A stretch of DNA of 64,000 nucleotides, taken from Squalus acanthias (taxonomy: Eukaryota). This document shows, piece after piece, positions 41,196 through 54,085 of this stretch. The notes under the pieces were generated by a model. That model ran no database searches. It saw only the letters and a list, made by a program, of their open reading frames with translations, and had not been told where the DNA came from. A program made the translations under genes and the position numbers. The stretch lies in assembly GCA_030390025.1 (NCBI GenBank), contig CM059431.1, forward strand, positions 132,248,001 through 132,312,000, in the 5' to 3' direction. Each line of letters opens with the position of its first letter. Position 1 is the first letter of the stretch.

Positions 41196-44100
41196 TATAT
41201 CTATACTGTTGTGAGTTAACGTTTCAAGGAATAAAGGACTTTTTTACCTGTTGGTTATATTTGTTTAATGGCGACATCAAGTAACGAAGGTGTATTTTGC
41301 AAGACAGTCCAATGTTAGTAGATTGCACCAGTGACTGACAGATTGCATTTCAGATTCTAGCACTAGCTGATATTTTTACTCCGGTTTTTCCACAGACAAT
41401 AGGCTGTCAAACGTAACTAAGTTATATAAGAGACAGTATTTGATAGAAAACATCTTGATAACTGTAGAAGGAGAAGTCAACACAGGCTCCACTTTATTTC
41501 TTCCTTCTGGCCAGTTACAGAGCTGACTTTTGTAGGCCATGGAGAAGTTCCCGGTCAGCCACCATCTAGGTTTATGAGGATATAAGTAAGAGGAAATAAC
41601 GATAAAGTGACAATCAGTATGGAACACACTTAATTTATTTACCAGGAGGTCACAGGACCAGTTTTGTCAATTGTCAGACAAGCCACTTGATAGAGAACCA
41701 CATGTGTGTGGCTGTTCAGCTCTGAAGAAGGAAAAGCTGACTTCATTTAGCTTGTTGAATCATAATCAGGGGGCAACCTTGAGAGTTGTCATGGAAAAGG
41801 TCACAGCCTGGACTGTCTGGCGTTTAACCCCCATCTCCTGCCGCCAAGAGGAAGATATGTACTGGAAAACATGCTGGAAATAGGAGTAAATAAAGATAAA
41901 TCAGTCCAAAAAGCTGACAGATAGTTTGAGGTATGGATTATCACAATGTGCTCTTAACAGCTTTGACAGCAATTTTGATTAAGTGGCAGCCATGTCCTTC
42001 AAAGGTCCTACGTGATCATGTCAACATAAGATTAGGCCATTCAGCCCATCAGGTCTGATCCACTATTTTGTTAGCTATGAGAGTCCTTTATCTTTTTAAT
42101 CCCAAATAGCCTGCCTTTCTCCACATCCATTGATAACCTTACTTCCCAAGTGAGTACCTGTCTCCCTTTTGAACGCATCAGTTGATTCCGCATCTGTGTC
42201 CTGGGACAGTGCATCCCACATTCTCATAAGCCTATGTGTGGAGAAAATACAACTGCAAAACTCCTTACTTTATCTCAGAAGCCACCGTTTTGATTGCAGC
42301 AGTATGGGGAGGAAGGATTAGCTTGTGTGAAACATTGTACGTGAGTGGAGTGGGAGAAAACTTTCTAAATTGATTTTATCAGGAATTAGAAATGTACCAC
42401 CTCCACATATTTTATTTGTATTTATATTCCAAAAAGAAAGTAAGTTCAGTAACAGTAATAGTACAGAATCTTACTGCAGTTCTACATCCCACACATGCCT
42501 TCTCCCAGAGTCTGGATCCATTTGTTCTGAATTGTGCTAATCTGGGCACGTGCAGAAAACAAAGTGATGACATCAATTCTTCCAGCAACAAAGCTGATAA
42601 AACAGGGGCTTTAGGGAGTTAATGCTTCCAATTTTCTAGCATAAGCTTCTTCATGTGTTTGGAAATGTACTTTTATCTTGAATGTTAATCCTATTCTTTT
42701 CTCTTGCCTGCATGGAGATTTAAGCAGTTGTTCTCTCGCTCAATAAACTAGCATGTGTCCCTGGGGTTCCACAGGATTAGGGCATTGCATAGATTGTAAC
42801 CAGATTGCATCCTTTACCAGTGTCCTTTTCTCATTAGACAGCTAAGTAAATGTGGATTTTGCTAACCTGTTTTGTTCTGAAGAAAGATAAATTTATAATT
42901 AGTGTTATTTTTCATAATTTCTAATTATTGTTATCTCTTATTTGGGAGGATTTAAGAATGGGTTATGTTTAAGGGTTTTTCTCCAATGGTCTCTGATCGC
43001 CTAATAAAACATGAGTTAGACAACTTTTGAACAGTGTTAATCGGGCCGGCAGTGGGCGAGTCATGCGCTGCGCCTACCCGAAGCAATCAGGACGGGGCCA
43101 ATGCCATTTTCATGGTCGGGCCTCATTTGAATTAAATCGACGAGCTCCCAGTGCAAAATGCATTACCTGTAGGCAACTTGCCAATTGGGAGGGCAATAAA
43201 TCCGGTGGGGCGGCCACTACTTAAAGGCAGCCTGCAGCACCTTAAAGGGGAGGTGCTTTTTTTCATGGTGGATAGTGGATAGCAATATTGTAGGGCAGAA
43301 GGCAGGATGACTTCGACCAGAGTACCCAGATTCTCGGATAGAGTGGTGAAGATGCTCAGTAAGGAAGTGAGAAGCAGGGAGGAGGTCCTCTTCCCTTTGA
43401 CGGGCAATGGGTGCTGAGACAGATTAAGCAGCAGGCAAGAAGGTTGCAGAATCTCTGTCACAAGCATATCCCCAGGCTGCAGTACATGAACAAAGTTTCA
43501 TCATTTGACCAGGAGCACAAGGTAATACTCCTCTTCACATCTCTCCTATTCTCTCTGCAGCCGTGCACAACCCCTACTTTAGCCCCAGTACTATCAATCC
43601 TTCCTTTCCCTGCCTCTGCTCAATCCAGCAGGAAACACTTCACTCCACCTCCTTTCTGCTTGCACTCACACCCTCAAAGCCTCCTACTGCCCTCACAACT
43701 AATTTCCCCTCTTGGCCACACTTGCTGTTTCTTCCTCACATCGTTTACATTATGCTAAGCAGCCTCATATATCTTGAAAACACTTAAACAGAAGGGAGAG
43801 TATGGGAACAAAGGGAGCTCCTGCCACTCTACAGACACTGACATCAGTGGAAGAGGCTGCCTTTGGCATCATTGGCAGAGAGGGCATGCAGAACAGAGAT
43901 GGCCAGACTGGAGGCCATGCATAGTAAGATGTTTGGGCATCTTCCCTTCCTTTACTCTTTCTATTTAATTCTCCCACTTACACAATCACATACTCAGCAT
44001 GACAACCTGGTGCTAAATTGTGCTACCATTCATCTGCTACTGCTTACCATTGTCACTACATGCTAACTCTTGTCCCACTCCCCTTTTTCTAGGTCCATCA

Positions 44101-44882
44101 GATGACCTGGGCATTGCAGTCATTTAAACTGAGGGGGAGATCCCTCCAGAAGATGCACTCAGTCTGAGTCTTCCAAGCACCAGCACAGAAATCAGTACCA
44201 TATGGCACAGAGAGGGGGGTCTGAGCACCAGTGAGCAGGAGCAGGAGCATGTGGAAAGAATGGCCCAGGAAACAACTCACCAGACCACCAGCTCGCATCC
44301 TAGCTCTGCTGAAGAGGACAAAGATACAGGCCAGAATTTTCTGGCGTCCGTGCGGGCGCGATTGAAGGCTGGTTGGAAGGGAAGTTTGAAAAACCTTAGA
44401 GCGGGTTGGGAAGCCGCCGTCATCCCACCATCATCCCACGTGCCTTTCCCTCAGGTGCGTTTGCCAGTGCAGCAGCGACCCAAACGGCAGAGGCGGCCAA
44501 GGTAATTGAGATCATCATGAAGTACTTGTCAGACCCTTAAGCCTCTTTCTCACCCTACCTTTCAAATTTCCCTGGATGAGCACGGGAATTACGCAGCTCA
44601 GGAACCATGTCTGTGAACCTGAGGCGGAAGTTGAGTGGCCATTCACCCACCTCAATAATGCACAGCATGAAAAGTGCAATAAAAACTCCCACCTGACAGC
44701 TGATCACTTTCCTAAGGCACATGCTGTTGCTGATTGCATTGTCAGCACAGATTTAGCTTTCGAGAGGTTGCAAGTGTTTTCAGCAAAGTCGGGATCCAGT
44801 GTCACCTCATTGGTAGAACCTATCACACCATTGACAGCTTGCTTCTGTCATCGCTACTTGACCTGCCATCTATTCCATCAGC

Positions 44883-46098
44883 ATGGGTGCCATTTATACT
44901 ATCTCACCTTGGGCCTCAGAATTGGACCACGATGAGCCCCAATACCAGCAGCACCAGGCACACCAGCAGCACCAACAACACCACCAACATTCTCCTCAAC
45001 CACCTGATGCTCCACAGGACAGAGGGCATCAGCGCAGGGCTGCACCACGCCGGAGGCGATACCCCCAACACAGGGTATACAAGCAGAGGATGAGCTTCAA
45101 CAACATGACGGAGCAGTAGTGCCAAAGGAGGCTCAGGCTATTGCGCCAGGTCATCTCAGACATTTGCAGATTGCTGGAGCAAGACCTGCAGCCCAGAGGA
45201 GCGGGTGGACACGCCTTACCACTGGCTGTCAAAGTCAGCAGCACTCTCAACTTCTTTGCCTCAGGCTCCTTCCAGGGATCTGCAGCAGACATTTGCGGCA
45301 TCTCGCAGTCGGCCACCCACAGATACATTGCACAGGTCACCGATGCCCTGTTTGACAAGTCAGTCAATTATATCAACTTTGCCACTGATGAAGCCAGTGT
45401 TACTGAGCGGTTGCTCAGCTTTGCCACTCTGGCTGGCTTCCCATGGGTGCAGGGCATCATCAACTGCACACATGTGGCCATCAGGGCACCCCATCATCAC
45501 TCTGGAGTCTTTGAGGGAGTGGAAGCCCTTGCAATTCACAATGTGCAGCTCATCTGCAACCATAGTAAGATCATCATGCACGTGTGCGCCAAATTTCCTG
45601 GCAGCTGTCATGACTCTTTCATCCTGCGCCAGTCCACCCTCCCTCAGCTCTTCGCTCCTCCAAACAGACTTTCCAGCTGGCTGCTTGGAGACAAGGGCTA
45701 TCCACTGAAGACATGGCTCATGACACCCTTGAGGGGGCCAAGTACTGAGGCTGAGGAGAGATATAATGAAAGTCACACTTCCACCAGATGTGTCATAGAG
45801 CAGACAATAGGCATGCTGAAAATGTGTTTCAGATGCCTTGACAGATCTGGAGGAGCCCTCCAGTATGAATCAGCCAGGGTCTCCAGAATCATCATGGTCT
45901 GCTGCGCCCTGCACAACATAGCGCAGCAGCAAGGATCAGCGCTACATGAAGAGCAAGGCTCATCAGATGAGGAGTAGGAGGAGGAGCAGGAGCAGGAGGA
46001 GCATCAGCTGGAAGATGAGGAGGAGCAGGGGGAACCTGCGGTCCAGATCCCACATTGTTGCCCGGGAGGCCAGGGGTGACCTCATCATGGCCAGATTT
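44883..46098 (+). pseudogene. Harbinger transposase of copy B
   Basis: ORFs 44883-45119 and 45141-45977 are in the same frame, separated by one stop. The first catalytic Asp is changed (INCTH); GDKGY and VIEQT are retained. Confidence 0.92.
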
Positions 46099-46186
46099 TA
46101 TGCATTACACCCATATGGATGCCACAAGCTGCGCCAGGTTGGCACCACCCCATAGCAACACCATAAAGAACCCCTACAATGACCAA

Positions 46187-46892
46187 AATGAGAAGTCGCA
46201 CAACACCAGGTTATAGTCCAACAGATTTATTTAATTTTACAAGCTTTCGGAACAGTTCGCTCCTTCGTCAGGTAAGTTAGCAGTGAGAGAATCTCCCAGA
46301 ATTCACAATTTAAACACAGACAAAATATATTCAAATCTTTCCCTACATCAAAGAGCATAGCCAAGGCAATGAGATGTGTCCCAGGCATTCAGCCTCGGAT
46401 ATGCGGGTAAGCGTTCTCCAAGGCGGCCTTCGAGATACACAACAGCGCAAAATCATAGAGCAGAAACTGATAGCCAAGTTCCGCACTCATGAGGATGGCC
46501 TCAATCGCGATATCGGGTTCATGTCACGATACAGGACGTGACTTGACATCATGGCCGGTCTTCCCAGGTGTTTTTTTTTAAAAAGACTAACACAAGAACC
46601 TACACAGATTGACAGGATATGCAGCCAGCAGGTGGTTTGACACGTTGGACCCCCTGGGACACATCTCATTGTCTTGGCTATGCTCTTTGATGTAGGGAAA
46701 GATTTGAATATATTTTGTCTGTGTTTAAATTGTGAATTCTGGGAGATTCTCTCACTGCTAACTTACCTGACGAAGGAGCGAACTGTTCCGAAAGCTTGTA
46801 AAATTAAATAAATCTGTTGGACTATAACCTGGTGTTGTGCGACTTCTCATTTTTGTCCACCCCAGTCCAACGCCGGCATCTCCACATCATGA
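46187..46892 (+). mobile_element. Penelope-like retroelement insertion: inverted pLTR + GIY-YIG C-terminus + pLTR + tail
   Basis: 46386-46541 encodes HSASDMRVSVLQGGLRDTQQRKIIEQKLIAKFRTHEDGLNRDIGFMSRYRT*, the R...E..I...T...GLN end of PLE GIY-YIG endonucleases. 201-bp inverted arms at 46185-46385 and 46653-46853. Direct repeat CCTACAATGACCAA at 46173-46186 and 46893-46906. Copy A is uninterrupted at this site. Confidence 0.88.
46761..46835 (+). ncRNA. Hammerhead-ribozyme-like motif in the PLE terminal repeat (mirror copy on the minus strand at about 46203-46277)
   Basis: CTGACGA (46767-46773), then stem II GGAGC/GAACT/GTTCC, then GAAA (46790-46793) overlapping the palindrome AAGCTT. Minimal hammerheads are a known feature of PLE pLTRs. 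Stems I and III are not confidently assigned. Confidence 0.55.
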
Positions 46893-49800
46893 CCTACAAT
46901 GACCAAGCCATTCCTTTCACACTGACCACCATTGCTGAAGGTAACGTTATGTCGCACCATTCACTCCAACTCACTAAGCCACTTCCAAAGATGCACACAA
47001 ATTTGTCCAGTGGTGAAAATAAAGATTTTTATCTGTGACATCACAGTAATGGAAACTTTACAGAAACATTTAATAAAACACCCAAGTGGCTACCCTTGTG
47101 CATCTACTTGTGTTTCATCTTTCTCTTCCGCGTGCTTCTATGAGGTGCTACCCCTGTGGCTTCAGCAGAGGTAGAGGCAGCCTGCTCACTTCCCTGCTGT
47201 GACTGCATAGACACCTTTGGCAGACGTCCTCTGAGTTTTGGAGCCTGTGATGGCCCCGCCAGAGTCTGCTCCTCCTGCAATGTGCAGGGGCAGACTCGGC
47301 CATCTTGATCCGAGGAGCCATCTGGGGCTCTGACTGGGGGGAGGGAGCGTTTTGAGATGAGCCCCCACTTCCTCCTGTGAGTCCTGTGAGGCTGGGAGAC
47401 CAATTGTACAGATCCTTCAATTAGATCATGGATATCCTACACTCTCCTGTGTACCAGGGGCAGTCATGCAATGGGGATGTAACATGAAGCCATCTCTTAG
47501 GATGATAGCACGTCTGCACCCTTGCCATCCCTGAACCAATGCCTGCCCTGGTGCCAGAATGTCAGCAGATATTAAGCTGCTGTAGTCTGAAGCCAGGCCT
47601 GCTCAGGTCAGCGGCCACACGCATCCCAAGAAAAGTTGACTGAGTCACAGTAGCCTGCCACCTCTCACGCTGCAGCCATTAGGAGAGCACCTCATAGGAG
47701 CACTACAGTAGGTAAGGTAGCACTTAAGGGAAGTACTAGAGGCTCGCACAAGGGCAAGAATTACTGTGTAGGCATTTGTATAAGGCTGTAAAATTATAAT
47801 ACTTTCTGAAATCTTTGTATGGAGAGAGTTGTTCCTGTAATAGCTGATGACCCTGCAATGTTAGTTGACGTGAATATCAGTGTGGGTCTTTAGGCATATG
47901 CAGCTTTCGAGGGCAGAAGGACTCAAATAGACTTTGGACATAACTGTTGATGTAGGGGAGCAGGGGTTGTTTAGCTGCAGCACTCTTCAGTGAGCTGCTG
48001 CTGAAGAACTCTGACTGCAGGCAATTGTTGGACCCCTCCCACTTTCTTACCATCCTCTATATCATCAGTGTTGTCTCCCTCATCAAACTGAAGATCCTTG
48101 CCCAATGGTGGCTCCATGTGTTGTACTCATTGCAGAACAAAGTTATGCAGCATAAAGCAAATCACTATCATGCGGGACACTCTTTGTGGGCTGTATTGCA
48201 GTTTACCACCAGTCCTCCCCAAGCATCAGAATTATTGCTTGAGGACTCCAATCACTTGACAAAGGATCTAGTTAACATGGATGTGATTATAGTGCAATCC
48301 AGCTGCAAAGCATGGGTTCCTGATTGGAGTCATGAGCCAAGTGTGCAGGGCGTAGCACTTATCTCCAAGCTGCCAGCCTCTCACTTGCTCTGCTGTTTCA
48401 AAGAGTGGGGGGGATGGAGGATTGCCCATGGCAACTGTCAGGAAAGTGGGCACAGACCTACATGATACATTGCTGGTGATCACACACCAGTTGCCCATTA
48501 ATGGAGTGGAGGTTCTTGGGAGCAGACAATGATACCCTGGACTTGGAGGAATGCTTGCTGGCGAAGAGAACTATCATTGCCTAATGTGAGCAATTGCTTG
48601 TCAAGTACACAAGCACAAAGGATGGTACAGTCATCACATCTCTGTTTCATTCTAACTATGTATTGAGGCCTGTGAATGTGAAAAGCTTAGATGGATCAGA
48701 CATCAAATTACACAACACTGTTAACAGCTGAACTGTTAACTTGAGATTAGCTCATGGAATAGCTTGGTGAATTTTGCTTTTTCCAATTTGGAAGTCATGA
48801 GTACAGAAAGTTATAAACTGGTGTATGCTTAAACTTGGAGGAATCCTGCAATCTGTGCGAACCCTAAACTCATATCATGTTGTTTTCGGCATTTGGCAAA
48901 TTCCTGAATGGGGAAGGAGTTAGAGGTCCCACCCTTCCACTTCCTGTAAATACTCAGAGAATATAGACAAAGAGACTCATAGGAGGTCACTCAGGTTCAT
49001 CGGAATCCTGCCCGAACCCGGCCAGGTGTAATACCTGGCCGGTGGGCAAGAGCATAAGAGTACAGGCAGGAGCCCACAGCCTGGGACCCACAGCATCAGT
49101 CCTCAGCAGTCAGGTAAGTGGTTGGGGGGGCAAGGGGGAAAAGACAATTGGGGGGGCGAAACCCAGGGTAAGGAAGGCCCCAGGCTTCCTAGTGAGGCCT
49201 GGAGGAGCAATGCTCCTGTTGGCCCAAAAGGAAACCTAAAAATAAATGTTAAAACTTACCTCCTGGGCCGCTTGTGGCCCACAATCCACCACTTGAGAGG
49301 TTTGGCCTGACGGGGAAGCTGTCACCGCTTCTCCCGCTCAGGCCTTGGACTAAAATTGCAGTTCGAGTCCCGATGACATCATTGGGAGCCAATCTGCAGA
49401 GTTAAAACAGGACCCGCTGCCTTCCTGCGGGTGTCCTGCTCACCTGCTCAAAAGAGCAGATTAGTATTCGGACCCGATGGCAAGGCCGCAGGATTGGCGG
49501 GGGTAAGTTGTTCCCCTCATTTTAACTGCCTCCTTGCCCGGTTTCCACCAGACAGAGGGAGTTAAAATTGGGGTCTGTGAGTTATAGGCCCAGGCCTAGA
49601 GTAGAGGCTAAAATGCAGGAGATTAGTGTTTGCAGTCAGGCATTTGGAATGGGACAAATTTGGCATTTTCAACAGTCAAGCGGCAGAATGATTCACAATG
49701 AGTCCAAATAAGACTTGAATTTATTTGAGGACTATTTATTCTTATAAGAAAGCTATTGAAAATAGAATGGATCTGAAGTTCACCAAAGACTATAGACATT

Positions 49801-52800
49801 TTATAGGGTCGTGAGAGAGCAGCAACAGCTAAGATTGTCTTACACCACTCCTACTTTTGTTCCTGCTGCTGTTCCTAATCAAGGCCTACACATTTTCATG
49901 TAGGTGGAGACACATAAGCAGTTAATTGGACCCAAGCAAATGTGGGTTTCTAATGCTTTTAAGTTCATGGAAGATCACACACCTATCATCAATGGGACTT
50001 TATCAACATAAAAGTGCTTTAACATTGCTGTCAGAGTTACTGACAAATATGCAGCTGGGACACCCAATCCCCTTGATTCTTTTGTCTATTTTGATTTCTA
50101 GATATCCTCCTTTCTCATCTCCTCAAGCGCTCGCCTTCAAATAGCTTCTTTCACCAAGGGGAATGCAGGACCCAGCTGTTTCACTATCTCTGCTGGCAGT
50201 GATAGTCTGCCGCCAGATGCCAACACATTGCAGGGCATGAAGCACGATGTAAAGTCACCCTGCTGGAGATAAGATGCTGTGCCACTGTCATGTTTCTCAC
50301 CTAATTGGCTGGAGAATATCAGTTAAACAGCAGAATTTAATTATTCTTTGCTATTTGAAGAAATAAGTAGCCCATTGTAAAAATGTCTTTTCAGGAATAG
50401 TTAGTAGCTTCTCCCATTAGTAGGCTGCTGTAATGAAGGTGTATGACTCAATCAAACAATATTTTAAAGGATCTCCAACTCCATTATGGAAGGGGGTTCA
50501 GTATTTGTCAATATTTTGAAAACAGTATTTTCTCATGATGCAAATGGTGGTATAACGTCACTCCTATACTTATACCAGTAACAAGGTACTGTTCTCATTG
50601 GGGCTGATCTGATGTCCCTTAGTAATATTATTAATTTTAATCCTGGCACATTCAGAAATTTGCCTTTTCCTAGTCACACTATAACATGATGGCATGGAAA
50701 ACCTGTACCACTGTTAATGAGCACAACAAATTTAGCATGCTGCAAAATAGTGATACCATTGGTAATCACAGGACTATCGCTGTTCAGTGAAAGTGTACCA
50801 AGAACATAATGTAGCTTTCAGACCAGACAACCAAGGAGGACTGCTGATAGCTTAGAGTTATCACTGCTGTGCGTATCATCACTGGGAAGTGCTAGTTAAT
50901 ATTGAAAAATAAAGTTTGGAATAAAAGAATTGTAAACCTAAGAATACTAAGTAAATATATTTTAGTGCTAGCATTTTTTCATTCTCACAGTAGTACATAA
51001 TTAAATATGATTAAATCATTGAAATTACTAAATGGAAAATAGAAAAAGGCTCTGTGGATTATTTATATATTATTTATATATCGTCCATTCTTTTATTATA
51101 TCCTTACACTGTAATAATGGTTTGGGTAACTTCTGTTGGATTAAAAAAATTAATTCTTTTTACTTTTTCAGCAGCAGAGTTAGAACGTGTAATGAAATAT
51201 TGTCTTGCTGAATCATTCATTTGCTGAAATACCAAATAATTTGACATTCTTAGCCCTTTGTTCATGTGCTGCTGTAGTCATTTGTTTGTTGATGTGGAAA
51301 CGTACTAATTGGCCGAGGTGGACAGATGCGGTAATGGAGTGGTAGTATGGTTTCCGCATTGCAGGGCATGAACAAACTGTTCACAGTGGCACGTCTCTGT
51401 GTCAAATGGATTAGCATAGTCTGATTTTGACATTTCTATCCATACATTTGTCTTCGAACTGTTGTTTTTATGTACTACAGATCTCGGGGTAGGTTTGGAG
51501 GATATTTATGTGATAGCATTTGGGTAAAATTAGCCTTGTAATGTCAGCATTTGAAAATATCTCGTATAGAAAGATAAATGGATAATATCTACAGTGGAAT
51601 TTATTTATTGTATTTGCTGGATATTTACTCCTATTATAGTAAGAGAGAAGAAATGAATACAGCAAAGGCTAACACTGCTAGTTCTTGCTGTGTGCAGTCT
51701 TTATAGCTTGAGTGCAGAGGAACAGCTGGTCAGGATTGAGTGGTGCTGCCCCCTCGTGACTATATGGTTAAACTATTTTGTCAATGCAACTGAAAAGGAA
51801 GTGTGAATATCAATGTACAGAGCAGTGACTTGTACAGTTAAAGTCACAGAGGTCTCCTTAGGCACTAAGTTATATAGATTTTATTTTATAGAGGAGCAGG
51901 GTTTTATAAAGATTTATTGAAGTGTCTCCTTAGAGAGATAAATTACTGTAGCTATTGAAGCAAACTAGAAAAAGAATTACACCAGAAGGAAAAATGTGAA
52001 GGTATCATTCATTTACACTGTAGACAAGCTGTAGCATCTGCTGTATACGAGATGTCAAGCCAGATTGCATCAAGGGAAATCTTTGTTTTCTGTTTTGTGC
52101 CACTGTGAATAGAATTAAGCAGATTTCTACATTAGTATTGCACAGAATTGATGTTTTAGATGGAGACTCCAATGGTTCAGCAGTACAATTTACGCAATTA
52201 TCAAAGTATTTTAATGTAAAATAGATTTTTAAATTATGTATTGTTTGTTTTGATTAACTTGCATAAAGTCCATTTCAATGTTTTATTCTGAATAGCAAAC
52301 AGTCCATTTCCTACATGCAGCTCATGTGTGTCACATTCAGCTGTGTCTAAAGTTTAGTTTCCATGGCAGCTGTCACATTGTTCTCGCATGTGACCCAATG
52401 AGCCCCATGACACACAAGGTATCAACAGTTCATGGATGAAAGCATTTCTGGAAGGGTCAAGCTCTTGACATAGGATGATTCAATCCTTGAGGTTTCTGAT
52501 GACTTTATCTTCAGCGAGCTGAATAAATTGACCTTCTGAGAGAACTTGGTAGCAGACTATATGGATTTTGGCAAAACTTGGATGCAAATCTGAGTCTCTT
52601 ATCACTATATCATTTTAAGGAGGAGATATATTTTCATCTGTAGCACTCCCTGCAGAAATCCATCCTTTTAAAGAATTGAAAATTGTGGGGGGGGGGTTGG
52701 GGGGGTCTGCAAGTTGGGCAATGACCAAATTCCTGCCAAGTGTTGCCAGCGCTGGAAACCCTGCATGATGAGCACTAAAAATATGTTAAAGATTCAGCCA

Positions 52801-53461
52801 ACAGCAATTTAACTGTTAAGCTGCTGGCACCTCTGAGGAATTCCAGTCTCACTACGCAAGCCAGTTTTCAGCTCACACACTGACACAAATCGTAATATTA
52901 CAGTAATAAAGTTACTCCAATTGTTAACAATAGCTTTATTACTGTAATGGTAACCTGACTAAAACATTCGGAAGGATATTTTCCTATGTGCCTCCTACCG
53001 TTTTTTTACCTGTTCTCTCCTTTCCCTTTCATGCTATTATGATTACTATAATTTGGAATTTGTTTTATTTGTAACTAATTCTAACTATTTTATACTATTT
53101 ATAACGTTTAAAAAAACTAACCTGGTTTCCTCTATTTTGGAAGAAAAAAAATGGTCTTTGATTGTCTAAAAACTGGCTCCAAAGGAATCTGTAGAATACA
53201 TCAGGTCAAGTTTGAACATAATTTCTACACATCAAACAGAGGAGTATTGCCACTGGATAGGTTATCTCATTCACGGTGCCAGTGGTTTATTCAGACCCAT
53301 TTGACATAGCTTGGCCATGGCACTCCAAGGGTTTTAAAAAAACTGAGATAAAACAAAATTTGACATGGTGGCATAGCCATGGAGTAGCAGGATATGGTCT
53401 AGTGCCTGCAATCCCGAACACGCTGAATGCACTCTGGGTTGTTATCCTGTGGGGAGGTACT

Positions 53462-53628
53462 CAATGTTCCCTTGAAGCTGCGCTTTGTTCTGCGCGGCCT
53501 GTTTCTTTTAATGCGCAGTCCCTTTAAATTCCTGCGCGTGCGCGGTATTTACAATGTAAAAGCCAATGAGTGGCCTGCGCGGGACTTTTCCCATTACTGG
53601 GCGGCTGCGCAGCTTAGCGGGAACATTG
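53462..53628. mobile_element. hAT-type MITE (167 bp)
   Basis: Perfect TIRs CAATGTTCCC / GGGAACATTG and a perfect 8-bp TSD GAGGTACT (53454-53461 and 53629-53636). Confidence 0.9.
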
Positions 53629-53894
53629 GAGGTACTAAACAGATGCCAACCTTTCTCCGTAAGGAAGAAAAATGATACAACAGGTCACAGCAGAAAGCTC
53701 ATGTGCACCCCCTAGAGCTCAATTCCAGAACAGCACCGGCCTGGAAGCAGGCTGCTTGGCTCCCCTCTGACCCTCGATATCAAGAAATAAACTAATATTT
53801 AATATCTCTCATGCTATTGTCCCTGTTCATGTATATGGCAGCGTTGCGAAAGACCCTTTAGCACGACAACAGTGTTTCTTTAAGTTTAAAAAAA

Positions 53895-54085
53895 ATCAAT
53901 TACAACAACAACTTCCATTTATATTGTGCCTTTAACATAAAAAAAACCTAATGCACTTCACAGAAGGCACATTGAAAATGGACACCAAGCCAGGACAGTA
54001 GAGGTCAGGAGTGGTGACCAAAAGCTTAGCTGAAGAGAGATGGGTTTTGAGAAGGTTTTTAAAGAAGAAGAGAGAGTTGGAACGG
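53895..54085 (-). mobile_element. L2 3' tail fragment
   Basis: ACAACAACAACTT...TTTATATTGTGCC...GGTGACCAAAAGCTT, the reverse complement of the L2 tail seen at 3740-3875. Confidence 0.7.

Larger units (their letters stand above)
44329..47400 (+). mobile_element. Harbinger copy B, right-truncated, same family as copy A
   Basis: Left TIR GGCCAGAATTTTCTG (44329-44343). Colinear with 16992-19270. Similarity stops near 47400 and no right TIR was found. Confidence 0.9.
43040..48560 (-). mobile_element. Older, decayed Harbinger (copy D) in the opposite orientation, host to copy B
   Basis: Plus-strand Myb remnants (RVPRFSDRVVKMLSKEVRSREEVLFP near 43320; LTSVEEAAFGIIG near 43840; AP-HRST end near 47690). 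Minus-strand transposase remnant GWQLGDKCYALHTWLMTP (ORF 48268-48498). Boundaries are approximate. Confidence 0.7.
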
